This document shows, piece after piece, positions 1-11,404 of a DNA stretch of 64,000 nt. The stretch lies in the NCBI GenBank assembly GCA_018066865.1, contig JAGPVT010000114.1, positions 945 through 64,944 on the forward strand, in the 5' to 3' direction. The first letter of the stretch is position 1, and each line of letters begins with the position of its first letter. The stretch is from Marinobacter sp. (GTDB taxonomy: Bacteria > Pseudomonadota > Gammaproteobacteria > Pseudomonadales > Oleiphilaceae). Under the pieces are notes generated by a model, which saw only the letters and a list, made by a program, of their open reading frames with translations, was not told where the DNA came from and ran no database searches. The position numbers were made by a program, and so were the translations under genes.

Positions 1-776
1 CGGTTGCGGCCATGTTCTTTGGATTTATACAGGGCCGAGTCGGCACTTTTAAACAAGATTTTTGGCGTCTCGCCATTATCGGGCGAGGTGGCGACACCCA
101 GGCTAATGGTTAACTTTGCAGTCTGCTCTCCGTCAAGGTGGAGGACACTTGCTTCGACGGCGAGCCTTGTCCGTTCCGCCACCTGGCGCGCGGTTTCCGC
201 GGCACATTCCGGGAGAACCACAACAAATTCTTCACCGCCAAACCGACACGCTTTGTCTGTGTCGCGCAGGTTTTCAGTTAGCGTGTGGGCGATGGCGCGC
301 AAGGCTTCGTCCCCCGCCTGGTGGCCATAGGTATCGTTGAAGTTCTTGAAATGATCGATGTCACCGATGATCAGGCTGACGGGTCTGCCGTATCGCTCCG
401 CGCGCTGAAGCTCCTCGGCCAGTATGCGATCGAACTCTCGCCGATTATACAGGCCGGTCAAGCCGTCGGTCCTCGCCAGATGCTCCAAAGCGTCTTCCTG
501 TTCGCAAATTCGCTTTGTCATCAGGTTGAAGGCATCGGCCACACTAGTCAGTTCACGGGGAATTTGGATCTCGATTTGATGGTCGCGGTCGCCGACGGCA
601 ACACTCGTGGCACCGGCCGCCAATTGATCCATGCTGCTGACAAGCGAACGATTGATTATCATGATTCCCAGAATTGCGCCAATGATTGAGACCACAAAAC
701 CAACCGCCGTCAAGCGCTCCGAGAGTGTCAGGCTGGCCAATGCCTGTTCGTAGGTTCGGTCGTTTTTAATATGCAC
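1..776 (-). CDS. HAMP-GGDEF diguanylate cyclase; runs off the window start and appears 5'-truncated
   Basis: Not in the ORF track. My minus-strand translation gives a TM segment, HAMP (ELTSVADAFNLM), TDGLTGLYNRR, DIDHFKNFNDTYGHQAGD, an RDTD I-site and GGEEF (239-225). Start is uncertain (GTG at 776 used); the frame stays open up to the ubiB stop. Confidence 0.85.
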   Translation of the reverse strand, partial: MHIKNDRTYEQALASLTLSERLTAVGFVVSIIGAILGIMIINRSLVSSMDQLAAGATSVAVGDRDHQIEIQIPRELTSVADAFNLMTKRICEQEDALEHLARTDGLTGLYNRREFDRILAEELQRAERYGRPVSLIIGDIDHFKNFNDTYGHQAGDEALRAIAHTLTENLRDTDKACRFGGEEFVVVLPECAAETARQVAERTRLAVEASVLHLDGEQTAKLTISLGVATSPDNGETPKILFKSADSALYKSKEHGRN

Positions 777-924
777 GGCGTCATGAACCGTTTCAAGTTG
801 GTGACCCAGGCGGTTAATCCGCGTTTCGAATTCTTCAACCTTCTCGCCAGGGACGGGATTAACCTGCAGAAACCCGCCCGAAAGAATGATGTTTGAAACG
901 GTTGATAGTTCTTCAATGTGATTC

Positions 925-2568
925 TCAGCGGCTGCCGCGTATAACCAGAACTCCGGATGCAGCCAGCAAAGCCCAAGTCCAGAGTGGTGCGTTCTCTGCC
1001 CACATGAGCGCTTCCGGCTGGGTTCCGATAATGGCTGCGGCAACCAGTGCCAGAGCGGTAATGCCCCGACGCCAGCGTCGGTCGGTTCTGCGCTGCTGTT
1101 CCCGGAGTAACGCCAGCGTGTCCTGGTTTTGTTTTTCGGTGGGGCCGGCACCGCGCAGTTGTAACAGTGCGTCGTGAACCAGTTGTGGCATTTCAGGGGA
1201 TTGTTCCAGCCATGAGGGCAGATGGGTTTGCAGGGATTTTATCAGGCCCGCCGGCCCGATCCGCTTGCGCATCCAGCTTTCCAGGAAGGGCTGTGCGGTG
1301 CTCCACAGGTCGAGCTCCGGGTAAAGCTGGCGGCCCAGGCCTTCCACGTTAAGCAGGGTTTTTTGCAGTAAAACCAACTGCGGCTGCACTTCCATGTTGA
1401 ACCGACGAGCCGTCTGGAACAGGCGAAGCAGGAAGTGGCCAAAGGAAATGTCTTTCAGGGGCTTTTCAAAAATCGGCTCGCATACCGTTCGGATGGCGGC
1501 TTCGAATTCATTCACCCGGGTATCCGGTGGCACCCAGCCGGACTGGATGTGGAGCTGAGCCACCTGTCGGTAGTCGCGTCGAAAAAAGGCCAGCAAGTTG
1601 CGCGCAAGGTAGCTTTGATCATCCGGCGCCAGGGTGCCGACAATGCCAAAGTCGATGGCGATGTATTTCGGATCGGCCGGGTTGGAAACGTCGACAAAAA
1701 TGTTGCCCGGGTGCATGTCTGCGTGGAAGAAGCTGTCGCGGAATACCTGGGTAAAGAAGATTTCAACGCCTTTTTCTGCCAGCACCTTCAGGTTCACGCC
1801 CGCTGCTTTCAGGGCCGGAACATCGGCAATGGGGATGCCGTGGATACGCTCCATTACCATCACAGACTTGCGGGTGTAATCCCAGTCGATGAAGGGAATA
1901 TAAATCAGCGGGGAATTCTCGAAATTACGGCGCAGCTGGCTGGCATTGGCGGCTTCCCGCTGCAGGTCCAGCTCGTCGTGAATGGTGGAATCATAGTCTG
2001 CCACCACGTCTACCGGATGCAGGCGTTTGCCTTCTGTCCAGTATTTCTCAAGCAGGTTTGCCATGAGGTACATCAGGGCAAGATCCTGGTGGATCACTTT
2101 CTCGATGCCCGGGCGCAGTACCTTGACCACCACTTCCTGGCCGTTCAGCAGAGTCGCGGCATGAACCTGTGCCACAGAGGCTGAAGCCAAGGGGGCTGCA
2201 CTGAACTCTTTGAACAATTCGGATACCGGCGCGCCAAGGGATTTTTCAATAATGTTGCGTGCGACATCGCTGGGAAACGGAGGTACGCGATCCTGCAGGG
2301 TTTTGAGCGAATCGGCCATGTCGTCGGGCAGCAAGTCACGGCGCGTAGACAGAATCTGGCCAAACTTCACAAACACCGGCCCGAGCTCTTCCAGAGCCAG
2401 GCGCAGGCGATCACCACGATCAAGCTTCGGCTGTGGGAAAAGGTGCCAGGGGGCCAGAAGAAAAAATAGCTTCAATGGCCCGGGAAGCTCCGCTATTGGG
2501 AGAAATATGTCCAGCCGGTAGCGGCAGAATACCCAGGAAATTCGGAACATTCTTTGCAGGCGGGTCAC
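925..2568 (-). CDS. ubiB: Ubiquinone biosynthesis kinase-like protein UbiB
   Basis: [50 protein letters not shown] motifs; follows ubiE-ubiJ. Confidence 0.97.
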   Translation of the reverse strand: MTRLQRMFRISWVFCRYRLDIFLPIAELPGPLKLFFLLAPWHLFPQPKLDRGDRLRLALEELGPVFVKFGQILSTRRDLLPDDMADSLKTLQDRVPPFPSDVARNIIEKSLGAPVSELFKEFSAAPLASASVAQVHAATLLNGQEVVVKVLRPGIEKVIHQDLALMYLMANLLEKYWTEGKRLHPVDVVADYDSTIHDELDLQREAANASQLRRNFENSPLIYIPFIDWDYTRKSVMVMERIHGIPIADVPALKAAGVNLKVLAEKGVEIFFTQVFRDSFFHADMHPGNIFVDVSNPADPKYIAIDFGIVGTLAPDDQSYLARNLLAFFRRDYRQVAQLHIQSGWVPPDTRVNEFEAAIRTVCEPIFEKPLKDISFGHFLLRLFQTARRFNMEVQPQLVLLQKTLLNVEGLGRQLYPELDLWSTAQPFLESWMRKRIGPAGLIKSLQTHLPSWLEQSPEMPQLVHDALLQLRGAGPTEKQNQDTLALLREQQRRTDRRWRRGITALALVAAAIIGTQPEALMWAENAPLWTWALLAASGVLVIRGSR

Positions 2569-3206
2569 GGAGTCTCCGGTTTGTCAGTATTGCTGCGGCT
2601 TTCGATCTGGTTCACGCGTGCTTCCAGGCGTTCTGTGCGCAGGCGGAGGGTGTCGATATCCTCGAAGGTGGCTTCCAGTTCGCGTCGGCCGGGCAGGGCG
2701 CGGCTTTCCTCATGCACGTATTCTTCAATGTTGGCGTTCAGGGTGCTGAAAGCCTGGCGGCTCCAGCTCACCGAGTTTCGAATACGTTTGCCGATAAAGT
2801 GAGCGGGTACGTCGCCGATGTGTCTTGCCATGGCGGCTTCCCAGTCCGGGTTGAGCTGATCCAGCGCCCTTTGAAACTGATGAGCGAGGTTGGTGTCGCC
2901 AACGACGTCTAGGCGATTATCCGTGAATACGCGGTTGTCGCCTGTAGCCAGTGCAGCGAAGGCCAAGGGTTTGCCGCTGATTTCAAGTGCCGGGTGATCT
3001 GTGGGCTGGCTGCGCACCTGCACGCGGTCGCCGGCTCTGTGCAACGAGCAGGCAAGGGAGACCGGATCGGTAATGCGGAACTGTATCGGCCCTTCAAGCG
3101 CCTTCAGCAGCGCTTGCTGGCCTGCAGGGTCCAGTTCAAGCGCGTGGTTCAGTGCCCGCTCGATTATGGCTGTTATTGCCGTAAGCAGGGTCGGGCCAGG
3201 AAACAT
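2565..3206 (-). CDS. ubiJ: Ubiquinone biosynthesis accessory factor UbiJ (SCP2 domain)
   Basis: Lies between ubiE and ubiB; [23 protein letters not shown] and a C-terminal coiled coil. Confidence 0.9.
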   Translation of the reverse strand: MFPGPTLLTAITAIIERALNHALELDPAGQQALLKALEGPIQFRITDPVSLACSLHRAGDRVQVRSQPTDHPALEISGKPLAFAALATGDNRVFTDNRLDVVGDTNLAHQFQRALDQLNPDWEAAMARHIGDVPAHFIGKRIRNSVSWSRQAFSTLNANIEEYVHEESRALPGRRELEATFEDIDTLRLRTERLEARVNQIESRSNTDKPETP

Positions 3207-3988
3207 CAGGGTTTGATTCCCACATGCAGGGCAACAATGCCGCCGGTCATGTTGTAGTACTTGCAGTTCACCAGGCCCGCGTTCTCCATCATGCCTTTGA
3301 GCGTATCCTGATCCGGGTGCATACGGATGGACTCGGCGAGGTACTTATAGCTTTCGCTGTCGCCGGCGATGAGCTGGCCAATCAACGGCAGGGCCGTGAA
3401 GGAGTAGGTGTCGTAGGCCTTGCTGAGCAGCGGGTTGGAGGGCTTGGAAAACTCCAGCACCATCAGTTTGCCGCCGGGTTTCAGTACGCGGGTCATATCC
3501 CGAAGTGCCTGATCCTTGTCGGTCACGTTACGCAAGCCAAAGGCAATGGATACTGCGTTGAAGTTGTTATCCGGAAAAGGCAGGTGTTCGGCATCGGCTT
3601 GCACGTATTCAATGTTGCCGGCATAGCCACGATCGGTCAGGCGGCTACGGCCAACCTGCAGCATGGAGGCGTTGATGTCGGCAAGAACCACTTTGCCGTC
3701 ACGCCCAACCAGGTCCGAAAATTTCATGGTCAGATCGCCGGTGCCGCCGGCGATGTCCAGTACCTGATGGCCGGGGCGCACGCCGGAAAGCTCAATGGTG
3801 AAGCGTTTCCACAACCGGTGGATACCCATGGACATCAGGTCGTTCATGAGGTCGTATTTGCCCGCCACGCTGTGAAAAACTTCGGCGACCTGGCCGGCCT
3901 TCTGGCTCTTGGGTACATTCCGGAAACCGAAATGGGTGACGTCGTCCTGGCCGTTGCTGGAGCTGGCCGGCGTTTGTTGATCGCTCAT
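3206..3988 (-). CDS. ubiE: Ubiquinone/menaquinone C-methyltransferase UbiE
   Basis: [49 protein letters not shown]. Confidence 0.98.
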   Translation of the reverse strand: MSDQQTPASSSNGQDDVTHFGFRNVPKSQKAGQVAEVFHSVAGKYDLMNDLMSMGIHRLWKRFTIELSGVRPGHQVLDIAGGTGDLTMKFSDLVGRDGKVVLADINASMLQVGRSRLTDRGYAGNIEYVQADAEHLPFPDNNFNAVSIAFGLRNVTDKDQALRDMTRVLKPGGKLMVLEFSKPSNPLLSKAYDTYSFTALPLIGQLIAGDSESYKYLAESIRMHPDQDTLKGMMENAGLVNCKYYNMTGGIVALHVGIKP

Positions 3989-4114
3989 GGGGCATGTCCT
4001 GTCAGAATCTGAACCACGTATTCTAACGCTTGGCGGGGTTGCTACAAGGGTGGCTAGACGTTAAATACCGTCTTACACTGTAAAACCTTTCAATTTTGAA
4101 GAGAAAACTGATTC

Positions 4115-4393
4115 ATGTCCGTAATCGATGTACATCGCGCCCACACTCTTGATAAAGAACATGCCCGCGAAGCGGCAGAAACCCTTGCCAAGGATCTCTC
4201 CAGCAAGTTCGAGCTCGATTACCAGTGGGAAGGGGACCATCTCAAGTTCAAACGTTCGGGCGTTAAAGGCCACCTGAAGATTACCAGCGACGACCTCAAC
4301 GTGCATCTGGAGCTGGGTATGTTACTGCGGCCTTTCAAATCGCGGATTGAGCAGGAGATTCACAGCCAGCTGGACCAGATTCTCAAGGCCTGA
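4115..4393 (+). CDS. Polyhydroxyalkanoic acid system family protein
   Basis: 92 aa; WEGDHLKFKRSGVKG and LGMLLRPFK; this family is typically found beside ubiE. Confidence 0.8.
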   Translation: MSVIDVHRAHTLDKEHAREAAETLAKDLSSKFELDYQWEGDHLKFKRSGVKGHLKITSDDLNVHLELGMLLRPFKSRIEQEIHSQLDQILKA

Positions 4394-4427
4394 TCTGCCT
4401 TTCAGAAAGAAGCAGGGACACTTCTTT

Positions 4428-5177
4428 TTAAAGGTCGTCCGGGAGCACAAAAGGCTCCGGGTGACCACTGAGAATGTTGTCCATAACCTGCTGCTCGCGG
4501 GTCACCAGCCGGTCAATCAGTACGTTCACTTTATCCATCTTCCGGAACGCCGAATACCCCCTGTGAAGAAAATCGTGCAGATCACTCAGATCAGCCATTT
4601 CTGCGGGTGTCCGGCTCATTGAAAGCAGCCACCCCAGCGTGCGGTTACGCACATAGCGGTCGAGCTGCTGCCCGACGTCGGCGACCAGCATTACCTGGTG
4701 TTTGCGCTGTTCCAGCTTCTGGCTGGCGCGATACACCTCGCAGTAGTGCTCAACGGTGACCGTTCTGGCATGCATGTCGCGCTCATCAAGCAGTTCAGCC
4801 AGCTCAAGATCCAGCTGCTGGGTAATCAGGTTCAGCTCCACCAATCCGGAAAGTGTATCCAGCAGGTGGTCTGGCAGCCACTTGACCATTTTTGGAAACA
4901 CCCGGTCTATGTTGTCGTCGCGTCGGGTCATGTTGGCGGGGGCATAAAGATCGGTGAGCAGGAATTCCAACCCTCCCTGATAGCCAGAGTGCTGATACAG
5001 ATCCCTGTGGGTCTGTTTCAGGCGTCTGGCCTGCCAGTCTGCAACGGTGAGCGCGCTGTCGAGCAGCCTGTGGTCTGCTTTGTAATGCCGGAAGTCGTGA
5101 TAGTCCAGTAACAGCTGTTGCAAGCGGCGGGCGCTTTCTGAGCGCACTTCCGTGCCAACAAGGCGCTCACGATACAT
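4428..5177 (-). CDS. FFLEELY-motif-like conserved protein
   Basis: WQARRLKQTHRDL, EFLLTDLY, RRDD, LHDFLHRGYSAF; start moved to ATG 5177 because the longer ORF overlaps the next gene. Confidence 0.7.
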   Translation of the reverse strand: MYRERLVGTEVRSESARRLQQLLLDYHDFRHYKADHRLLDSALTVADWQARRLKQTHRDLYQHSGYQGGLEFLLTDLYAPANMTRRDDNIDRVFPKMVKWLPDHLLDTLSGLVELNLITQQLDLELAELLDERDMHARTVTVEHYCEVYRASQKLEQRKHQVMLVADVGQQLDRYVRNRTLGWLLSMSRTPAEMADLSDLHDFLHRGYSAFRKMDKVNVLIDRLVTREQQVMDNILSGHPEPFVLPDDL

Positions 5178-5265
5178 GGGGCCAGCTCCCGTAGATCTGT
5201 GTAGAGGTTTGAATAGAGCTGGGTAGTTTACCGGAGGATAAGCGCGGGTGCAGTAAGCCTTGGCT

Positions 5266-6189
5266 TCAACCTTGGGCGGCAACAGGCAGGGATTCAAAGC
5301 CTGGCAGCCATTCCTTGCTGTCGAGAGTAACGAAGTGGCTTGGTGCCTGGGTCTCGATAATGCGCATGCTGGTCGGGCTCTTCCGTGCGCTTGCAAGCAT
5401 GGCCGGGCGATCAAGAATACGGTCTACTCCGGCAATCAGGAAGGTGCCATGGCGCACATGTCGGTAAACATCAGTATCGGTGCGCTCCATCCAGTCGAGG
5501 ATGTTCTCTATATTGCGAACAATGGTCAGGTGGTCGCGGGTTGCGTAAAACAGCTTGGCGAGTAGCTGTTTTTTGCGAGGGTTCATTTTTCCGAAAAAGG
5601 TTTGCCCATAGGCAGATGAGGGTGCGCTGTTAATCAAGCGGATCACCCAAGGCCACATGCCATGGCTGACGGGCTCCAGGATGGTTGACACCAGCGGGTG
5701 AATCTTGCCCTGTGGCAACGCCGGCGCTTCAAGCACTACTTCTACGTCTTCGTAGAGCTCTGGCCGTTGTTTAATCGCCTCGAGAATCACGGCGCCACCC
5801 CGTGAATGGCCGTGAACTCGCACATTTCGAGTGCTGGGCAGGTTTGTCACCGCCTGGTTCAGAATGCAGGCATCGTATTCAATGGTGCCTTCCAGGTGCT
5901 TGATCGGCACTTCCCATTCCGGGGTTTCCGGTGTTACACCGTTTACCGGTATATGGTAGTTGCTGCAAGTGAGAAGGATCAGTTCTGTGGTCGGTGCGTC
6001 GTAGGTCTGGGTAAAGTAGCAATGGTTTTCCAGAAAGCCATGTACGCCTATAACGGTGTATTCTGCCTCGCCGCTGTGATTGCGAACAGAAACCGCGCCT
6101 TCACCAACACGATAGACCCGCCCTGAGAACATCTCTGAATAGGCATTGTCGATCGGTTGGATCAGCTTGCGTATATGGCTTGCTTTCAT
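5266..6189 (-). CDS. Alpha/beta hydrolase
   Basis: HGFLE oxyanion motif, GHSRGG nucleophile elbow, C-terminal SHF His. Confidence 0.85.
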   Translation of the reverse strand: MKASHIRKLIQPIDNAYSEMFSGRVYRVGEGAVSVRNHSGEAEYTVIGVHGFLENHCYFTQTYDAPTTELILLTCSNYHIPVNGVTPETPEWEVPIKHLEGTIEYDACILNQAVTNLPSTRNVRVHGHSRGGAVILEAIKQRPELYEDVEVVLEAPALPQGKIHPLVSTILEPVSHGMWPWVIRLINSAPSSAYGQTFFGKMNPRKKQLLAKLFYATRDHLTIVRNIENILDWMERTDTDVYRHVRHGTFLIAGVDRILDRPAMLASARKSPTSMRIIETQAPSHFVTLDSKEWLPGFESLPVAAQG

Positions 6190-6390
6190 ATTGCCTCCAC
6201 TCCCGGCACGGCGATAGCGTTTAATAACTATTACACCAAGGCTTATAACCAGTATAGAAGCGAAGGGATGCCCGCGTGTAATTTTTTGTAACCTCTGGGT
6301 GCCGATGCCTTATGTGGAGCCGTTAGTGGATGTCTGGCACAATGCCCGGCACTGTGTTTTTAACTCCACCACTTCCGGGGACGTTCGGGT

Positions 6391-7806
6391 TTGAGCCAAG
6401 AGCAAACGCACCTTATGCTTCCTGCGGATTCAGCCTGGCTGGCTCTGGAGAACTCCCGGAACCCTATGACCATTACCGTCATGATGCGGGTGGATGGTCT
6501 GACCGCGCCCCGGCTTCGGGAATTTTTGCGGGTTTACTGGATGGCGTGGGAGCGATTCCGGTATATGCCGGTCAAGCGTGCGCCAGCGTGGTGGTGGGAG
6601 CCGGATCCGGTTTTTGATCTCAGGCACCACCTGGATGTGGTGCTTGATCGTTTCACGGAACCTTCCCTTCAGGAGTGGGTTTCCGCTCGTCTGAATCAGC
6701 CCCTGCCTTTTTATCGTCCGCTCTGGAAATTCTGGCTGGCACCGAATGCAGAGGGCGGCTCGGTATTGCTGTTGCGGGTGCACCACTGCTATGCCGATGG
6801 AGTATCTCTTACGGGCATTTTTGACCGCTTGTGCCCGGCCTCACCGCAGCAGCACCCCGCTGTTTACGGGGCCCGGCAAACCGGGGACCTGGCGCCCTGG
6901 ATATCGGCGGCCAAAAGTCGGATTGAGCAGTTGATTGGCAGTGGTTTCACTCCGGGAACGGACACTGACAAACACCCCGTGGAGACGGAAGGCCAGTGGG
7001 AACAGGCCGGCGGGTTGCTGGACCAATTGGTCTGCAACGGCTTGAAGCTGGTGAATGAGTTCAGTGACTTCCTGGCAGAGCCGGAGGATACGCCGTCTGA
7101 TCTCAAGCGCCCATTGCTCGGCCGGCGCCATTGCCGGTGGTCTGCGCCGGTTCCCCTTGAGCGGTTTCGGTCAATCGCCAAGGCAACGAATGTAACCATT
7201 AACGATGTTCTGCTCAGCTGCGTGGCGGCAGCGGTTCGTCCGCGCCTCGGGATTTCCGGGGCGACTCTGGAAGACGCAGTTATGCATGCTGCCGTTCCTG
7301 TTGATATCCGCAGCCGCTTGCCGGAGGACCTGCAGCCGGAGCCGGATTCTCTCGGCAATTATTTCGGTACAGTTTTTGTGCCCTTGCCTGTGGATGGTGA
7401 GAGCGCTCTGGAGCGACTCTATCGCATCAAGCAGGAAACCCGGCGGCTGAAAAAGAGCTGGCAGCCCGGAATTGCCTGGGGCCTGGCAGCCTGTTCATCC
7501 CTCATTCCTGAACCCCTGCGCCAGTCGCTTTCGGATGTTTTTTACCGCAAAGCCAGTGCCGTGGTATCGAACGTGCCCGGTACCCCCGAGGCGCGCTATA
7601 TCGCCGGCTGCCGGATTGCGGAGCAGATGTTCTGGGTGCCCCAGGCCGGTGATATCGGGTTAGGGGTCAGTATTGTCAGCTATGCCGGGCAGGTTCAGTT
7701 CGGTGTGGTGGCAGATGAAGCCGTCTTGGATGACCCCGAGGCGTTCCTGGAAGATTGCCTGCAGGAGCTGTCAGAACTTCCGGGTGGTTCACCTATTGTT
7801 GTTTGA
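6391..7806 (+). CDS. Wax ester synthase / diacylglycerol acyltransferase (WS/DGAT)
   Basis: DSAWLALE..NPM, catalytic HHCYADG, TINDVLL, SNVPG, SYAGQVQFG; TTG start. Confidence 0.92.
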   Translation: MSQEQTHLMLPADSAWLALENSRNPMTITVMMRVDGLTAPRLREFLRVYWMAWERFRYMPVKRAPAWWWEPDPVFDLRHHLDVVLDRFTEPSLQEWVSARLNQPLPFYRPLWKFWLAPNAEGGSVLLLRVHHCYADGVSLTGIFDRLCPASPQQHPAVYGARQTGDLAPWISAAKSRIEQLIGSGFTPGTDTDKHPVETEGQWEQAGGLLDQLVCNGLKLVNEFSDFLAEPEDTPSDLKRPLLGRRHCRWSAPVPLERFRSIAKATNVTINDVLLSCVAAAVRPRLGISGATLEDAVMHAAVPVDIRSRLPEDLQPEPDSLGNYFGTVFVPLPVDGESALERLYRIKQETRRLKKSWQPGIAWGLAACSSLIPEPLRQSLSDVFYRKASAVVSNVPGTPEARYIAGCRIAEQMFWVPQAGDIGLGVSIVSYAGQVQFGVVADEAVLDDPEAFLEDCLQELSELPGGSPIVV

Positions 7807-7875
7807 GGTCTACAGTGAATGGGTAAACGCGAATGATCGCGTTGTCATTCACAAACCCAACAAGAGGTGACGACA

Positions 7876-9396
7876 ATGATTTACGCACAACCTGGAAAAG
7901 ACGGTTCCGTCGTTTCTTTCAAATCCCGTTACGGGAACTATATCGGTGGTGAATGGGTTGCTCCGGTTAAAGGCGAGTATTTCGAGAACATAACGCCGGT
8001 AACCGGCGCTGTTATTTGCGAGATTCCACGCTCCTCCGTCGAGGATATTGATCTGGCTCTCGATGCTGCGCACAAGGCTGCACCAGCCTGGGGCAGAACG
8101 TCTCCGGCAGAGCGCTCCAATATCATGCTCAAAATTGCCGATCGCATTGAGGCCAACCTTGAAAAGCTGGCGGTCGCAGAAACCTGGGATAACGGCAAAG
8201 CCGTTCGTGAGACCCTGAACGCTGATATTCCTTTGGCGGCTGACCACTTCCGTTATTTTGCCGGCTGCATCCGGGCCCAGGAAGGGCACATGGGGGAGAT
8301 TGACCACAATACCGTGGCTTACCACTTTCATGAACCCCTTGGTGTAGTCGGGCAGATCATCCCCTGGAACTTCCCGATACTGATGGCTGCGTGGAAGCTT
8401 GGCCCCTGCCTGGCGGCTGGCAACTGTTCGGTGCTCAAGCCAGCGGAGCAGACGCCTGCCAGTATTCTGGTGCTTATGGAGGTCATCGGTGATCTGCTGC
8501 CGCCAGGCGTTATCAACATTGTTAACGGCTACGGCATTGAAGCGGGTGAGGCTCTGGCGTCCAGCAAGCGCATTGCCAAGATTGCCTTCACAGGCTCTAC
8601 CCCTGTGGGCTCGCACATTCTCAAGTGCGCGGCAGAAAACATCATACCTTCAACGGTTGAGCTGGGTGGCAAGTCCCCAAACCTGTATTTCTCTGACGTT
8701 ATGAAAGCCGAACCGGAGTTTGTGAGCAAGTGTGTCGAAGGTCTGGTTCTGGCGTTCTTCAACCAGGGCGAAGTGTGCACTTGCCCGTCCCGCGCGCTGG
8801 TGCAGGAAGACATGTTCGAAGAGTTCATGCAGAAGGTGGTTGAGCGCACCAAGGCCATCAAACGTGGCAACCCGCTGGACACCGACGTGCAGGTGGGTGC
8901 CCAGGCCAGTAAAGAGCAGTTCGACAAGATCATGTCTTATCTGGAGATCGGCAAGCAGGAAGGCGCTGTTGTCCTCACCGGTGGCGGCATAGAGGAAATG
9001 GATGCCGAATTCAAAGACGGCTTCTACGTTCAGCCCACTCTGTTCAAGGGTGATAACAAGATGCGGGTGTTCCAGGAGGAGATCTTTGGTCCGGTTGTAG
9101 GCGTGACCACGTTCAAAACCGAAGAGGAATCCGTGGCGATTGCCAACGATACCGAGTTCGGCCTGGGTGCCGGTGTCTGGACCCGCGACACCAATCGTGC
9201 CTATCGTGTGGGCCGCAACATTCAGGCCGGTCGGGTGTGGATGAACTGCTATCACGCATACCCGGCACACGCAGCCTTTGGCGGCTATAAAAAATCCGGT
9301 GTTGGCCGTGAAACCCACAAGATGGCGCTGGAGCATTATCAGCAGACCAAGTGCATGCTGACCAGCTATGACATCAACCCGTTAGGTTTTTTCTGA
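7876..9396 (+). CDS. NAD-dependent aldehyde dehydrogenase (AldB/ExaC type)
   Basis: [42 protein letters not shown]; ATG 7876 follows an AGAGG RBS. Confidence 0.95.
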   Translation: MIYAQPGKDGSVVSFKSRYGNYIGGEWVAPVKGEYFENITPVTGAVICEIPRSSVEDIDLALDAAHKAAPAWGRTSPAERSNIMLKIADRIEANLEKLAVAETWDNGKAVRETLNADIPLAADHFRYFAGCIRAQEGHMGEIDHNTVAYHFHEPLGVVGQIIPWNFPILMAAWKLGPCLAAGNCSVLKPAEQTPASILVLMEVIGDLLPPGVINIVNGYGIEAGEALASSKRIAKIAFTGSTPVGSHILKCAAENIIPSTVELGGKSPNLYFSDVMKAEPEFVSKCVEGLVLAFFNQGEVCTCPSRALVQEDMFEEFMQKVVERTKAIKRGNPLDTDVQVGAQASKEQFDKIMSYLEIGKQEGAVVLTGGGIEEMDAEFKDGFYVQPTLFKGDNKMRVFQEEIFGPVVGVTTFKTEEESVAIANDTEFGLGAGVWTRDTNRAYRVGRNIQAGRVWMNCYHAYPAHAAFGGYKKSGVGRETHKMALEHYQQTKCMLTSYDINPLGFF

Positions 9397-9491
9397 CCTG
9401 GCAGCGACAGGCGGCCCGACTGGAGGCTCGCCTGCCGCACCTTTTGATGTGCAGTAAGCCATCCTGACTCAGGAACAGTACAGGAGGAGCC

Positions 9492-10895
9492 ATGAGCGCA
9501 AACAGAGCCAAGGGCGTAGATATCCAAACCAGAGTAGAAACCGACAGTCTGGGCGATGTCCACGTACCTGTTGACGCACTTTGGGGCGCCCAGACCCAGC
9601 GCGCGATCGATAACTTTCCGGTCAGTGGCCAGCCCATGCCGCCTGCCTTTATCTCGGCGGTAGCCCGTGTCAAGCAGGCAGCGGCAGAGGCCAATGCCAG
9701 CCTGGGGCTCCTGGACAACAGCCGTTGCGACGCCATTACGGACGCCTGCCGGGCGCTTATTCGTGGAGAATTTGCCGATCAGTTTCCGATCGATCGCTAT
9801 CAGACCGGTTCGGGCACCAGCACCAATATGAATGTGAACGAGGTGATTTCGGCCATTGCCGCCAGCAAAGGTGTGGAGGTGCACCCTAACGATCACGTGA
9901 ATATGAGCCAAAGTTCCAACGATGTGATTCCCACGGCCATTCACGTGAGTTCGGTCATTGGTGTAACAGAGAGGCTTATTCCCGCGCTCACGCACTTGCG
10001 TGGGGTTATTTACGAACGTGAAGCGCTCTTCTCTACGCAGGTAAAAACCGGCCGTACCCACCTCATGGATGCCATGCCAATTACCCTTGGCCAGGAATTG
10101 CGCACATGGCGGGAGCAGATTCTTGCGGTTGAACGGCGCCTTGAAGCGGCGGTCGCTGAACTGCTAGCGGTGCCCCAGGGCGGCACTGCCGTAGGCACAG
10201 GCGTGAATGCGCTGCCGGAATTCCCCGGCCAGTTTGTGAAGCTCCTGAAGGCCAACACCGGTTACTCGTTCCGTTCTATGGAGCACAAATTTGTAGGGCT
10301 GAGTTCGGTGGATGGCCCGGTTGCGCTCTCAGCGCAATTGCGGGGGCTGGGTATTGTGCTCACCAAAATTGCCAATGACCTGCGCTGGATGAACAGCGGC
10401 CCGATTCATGGGCTTGCGGAGATCAACCTGCCGGCCTTGCAGCCGGGCAGTAGTATTATGCCGGGCAAAGTGAATCCGGTTGTTCCCGAATCAGTGGCCA
10501 TGGTAGGCGCGCAGGTAATGGGCCTGGACAGTGCCAATGCCATTGCCGGGCAGTCTGGTAACTTTCAGCTTAACGTGATGCTGCCACTCATTGCTGGCAA
10601 CCTGCTGGACATGATCGGGCTCCTTGGCAATGCGGCCAGCATGCTGGCAGACAAGGCTATCCGGGGCTTTACTGTAAACACAGAAACGCTGGATGCCAGT
10701 GTGGGCCGAAACCCGGTGCTGGTGACAGCGTTGAATCCGGAAATCGGTTACAGCCTGGCGTCGGACATTGCCAAGGAAGCCTATAAAACTGGCCGGCCGG
10801 TAATTGATGTGGCAGAAGAGAGAAGTGGTCTCAGCCGGGAACGGCTGGAGGAGCTGATGGACCCGCTCAAGCTGGCTCAAGGCGGGGGCACCTGA
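9492..10895 (+). CDS. fumC: Class II fumarate hydratase
   Basis: QTGSGTSTNMN, HPNDHVN, KTGRTHLMDA, GSSIMPGKVNP signature. Confidence 0.93.
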   Translation: MSANRAKGVDIQTRVETDSLGDVHVPVDALWGAQTQRAIDNFPVSGQPMPPAFISAVARVKQAAAEANASLGLLDNSRCDAITDACRALIRGEFADQFPIDRYQTGSGTSTNMNVNEVISAIAASKGVEVHPNDHVNMSQSSNDVIPTAIHVSSVIGVTERLIPALTHLRGVIYEREALFSTQVKTGRTHLMDAMPITLGQELRTWREQILAVERRLEAAVAELLAVPQGGTAVGTGVNALPEFPGQFVKLLKANTGYSFRSMEHKFVGLSSVDGPVALSAQLRGLGIVLTKIANDLRWMNSGPIHGLAEINLPALQPGSSIMPGKVNPVVPESVAMVGAQVMGLDSANAIAGQSGNFQLNVMLPLIAGNLLDMIGLLGNAASMLADKAIRGFTVNTETLDASVGRNPVLVTALNPEIGYSLASDIAKEAYKTGRPVIDVAEERSGLSRERLEELMDPLKLAQGGGT

Positions 10896-10921
10896 AATAA
10901 ACGGATCAGGAGTAGCGGCGC

Positions 10922-11404
10922 TTGCTGATATCCCTGAAGTTATTTGTGTTGTTGGTTCTGGCCAATGGCGCGCCAGTGGTTGCCGCAAAGGTTTTCCGGC
11001 ACCGCTGGTCAGCACCGGTGGATGCCGGGCGGAAATGGTTTGATGGTCGCCCGCTGCTGGGCAAAAGCAAAACCTGGCGGGGGTGCGTTTCCGGTGCCCT
11101 GAGCTGTGCGCTGTTTGCTTTGGCCACTGGTCAGGGGTTTCTGTTCGGGTTGCTTTTCGGTGTGCTGGCACTCACCGGTGACCTGCTCAGCAGTTTTATC
11201 AAACGCCGGCTGGGGCTCTCCCCCAGCGAGCGCATGCCGTGGTTGGATCAGATACCTGAGGCCACTTTGCCGGTGTTACTGGCCATGGGCTGGGGGTTGG
11301 TTGGGGCTTGGTCTGCGTTGTTGATTGTTATGGTCTTCACGCTATCCAATATGTGGATATCGCCCTTGCTCTATCGCCTGGGGATCCGGCGACAGCCTTA
11401 CTGA
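10922..11404 (+). CDS. CDP-archaeol synthase-like (CarS / CTP-transferase) membrane protein
   Basis: ANGAPV, PVDAG..WFDGRPLLGKSKTWRG, GDLLSSFIKRRLG, LDQ. Confidence 0.75.
   Translation: MLISLKLFVLLVLANGAPVVAAKVFRHRWSAPVDAGRKWFDGRPLLGKSKTWRGCVSGALSCALFALATGQGFLFGLLFGVLALTGDLLSSFIKRRLGLSPSERMPWLDQIPEATLPVLLAMGWGLVGAWSALLIVMVFTLSNMWISPLLYRLGIRRQPY

Noticed and set aside
4-689. Plus-strand ORFs 4-330, 116-340 and 285-689
   Set aside because: Antisense shadows of the minus-strand GGDEF gene
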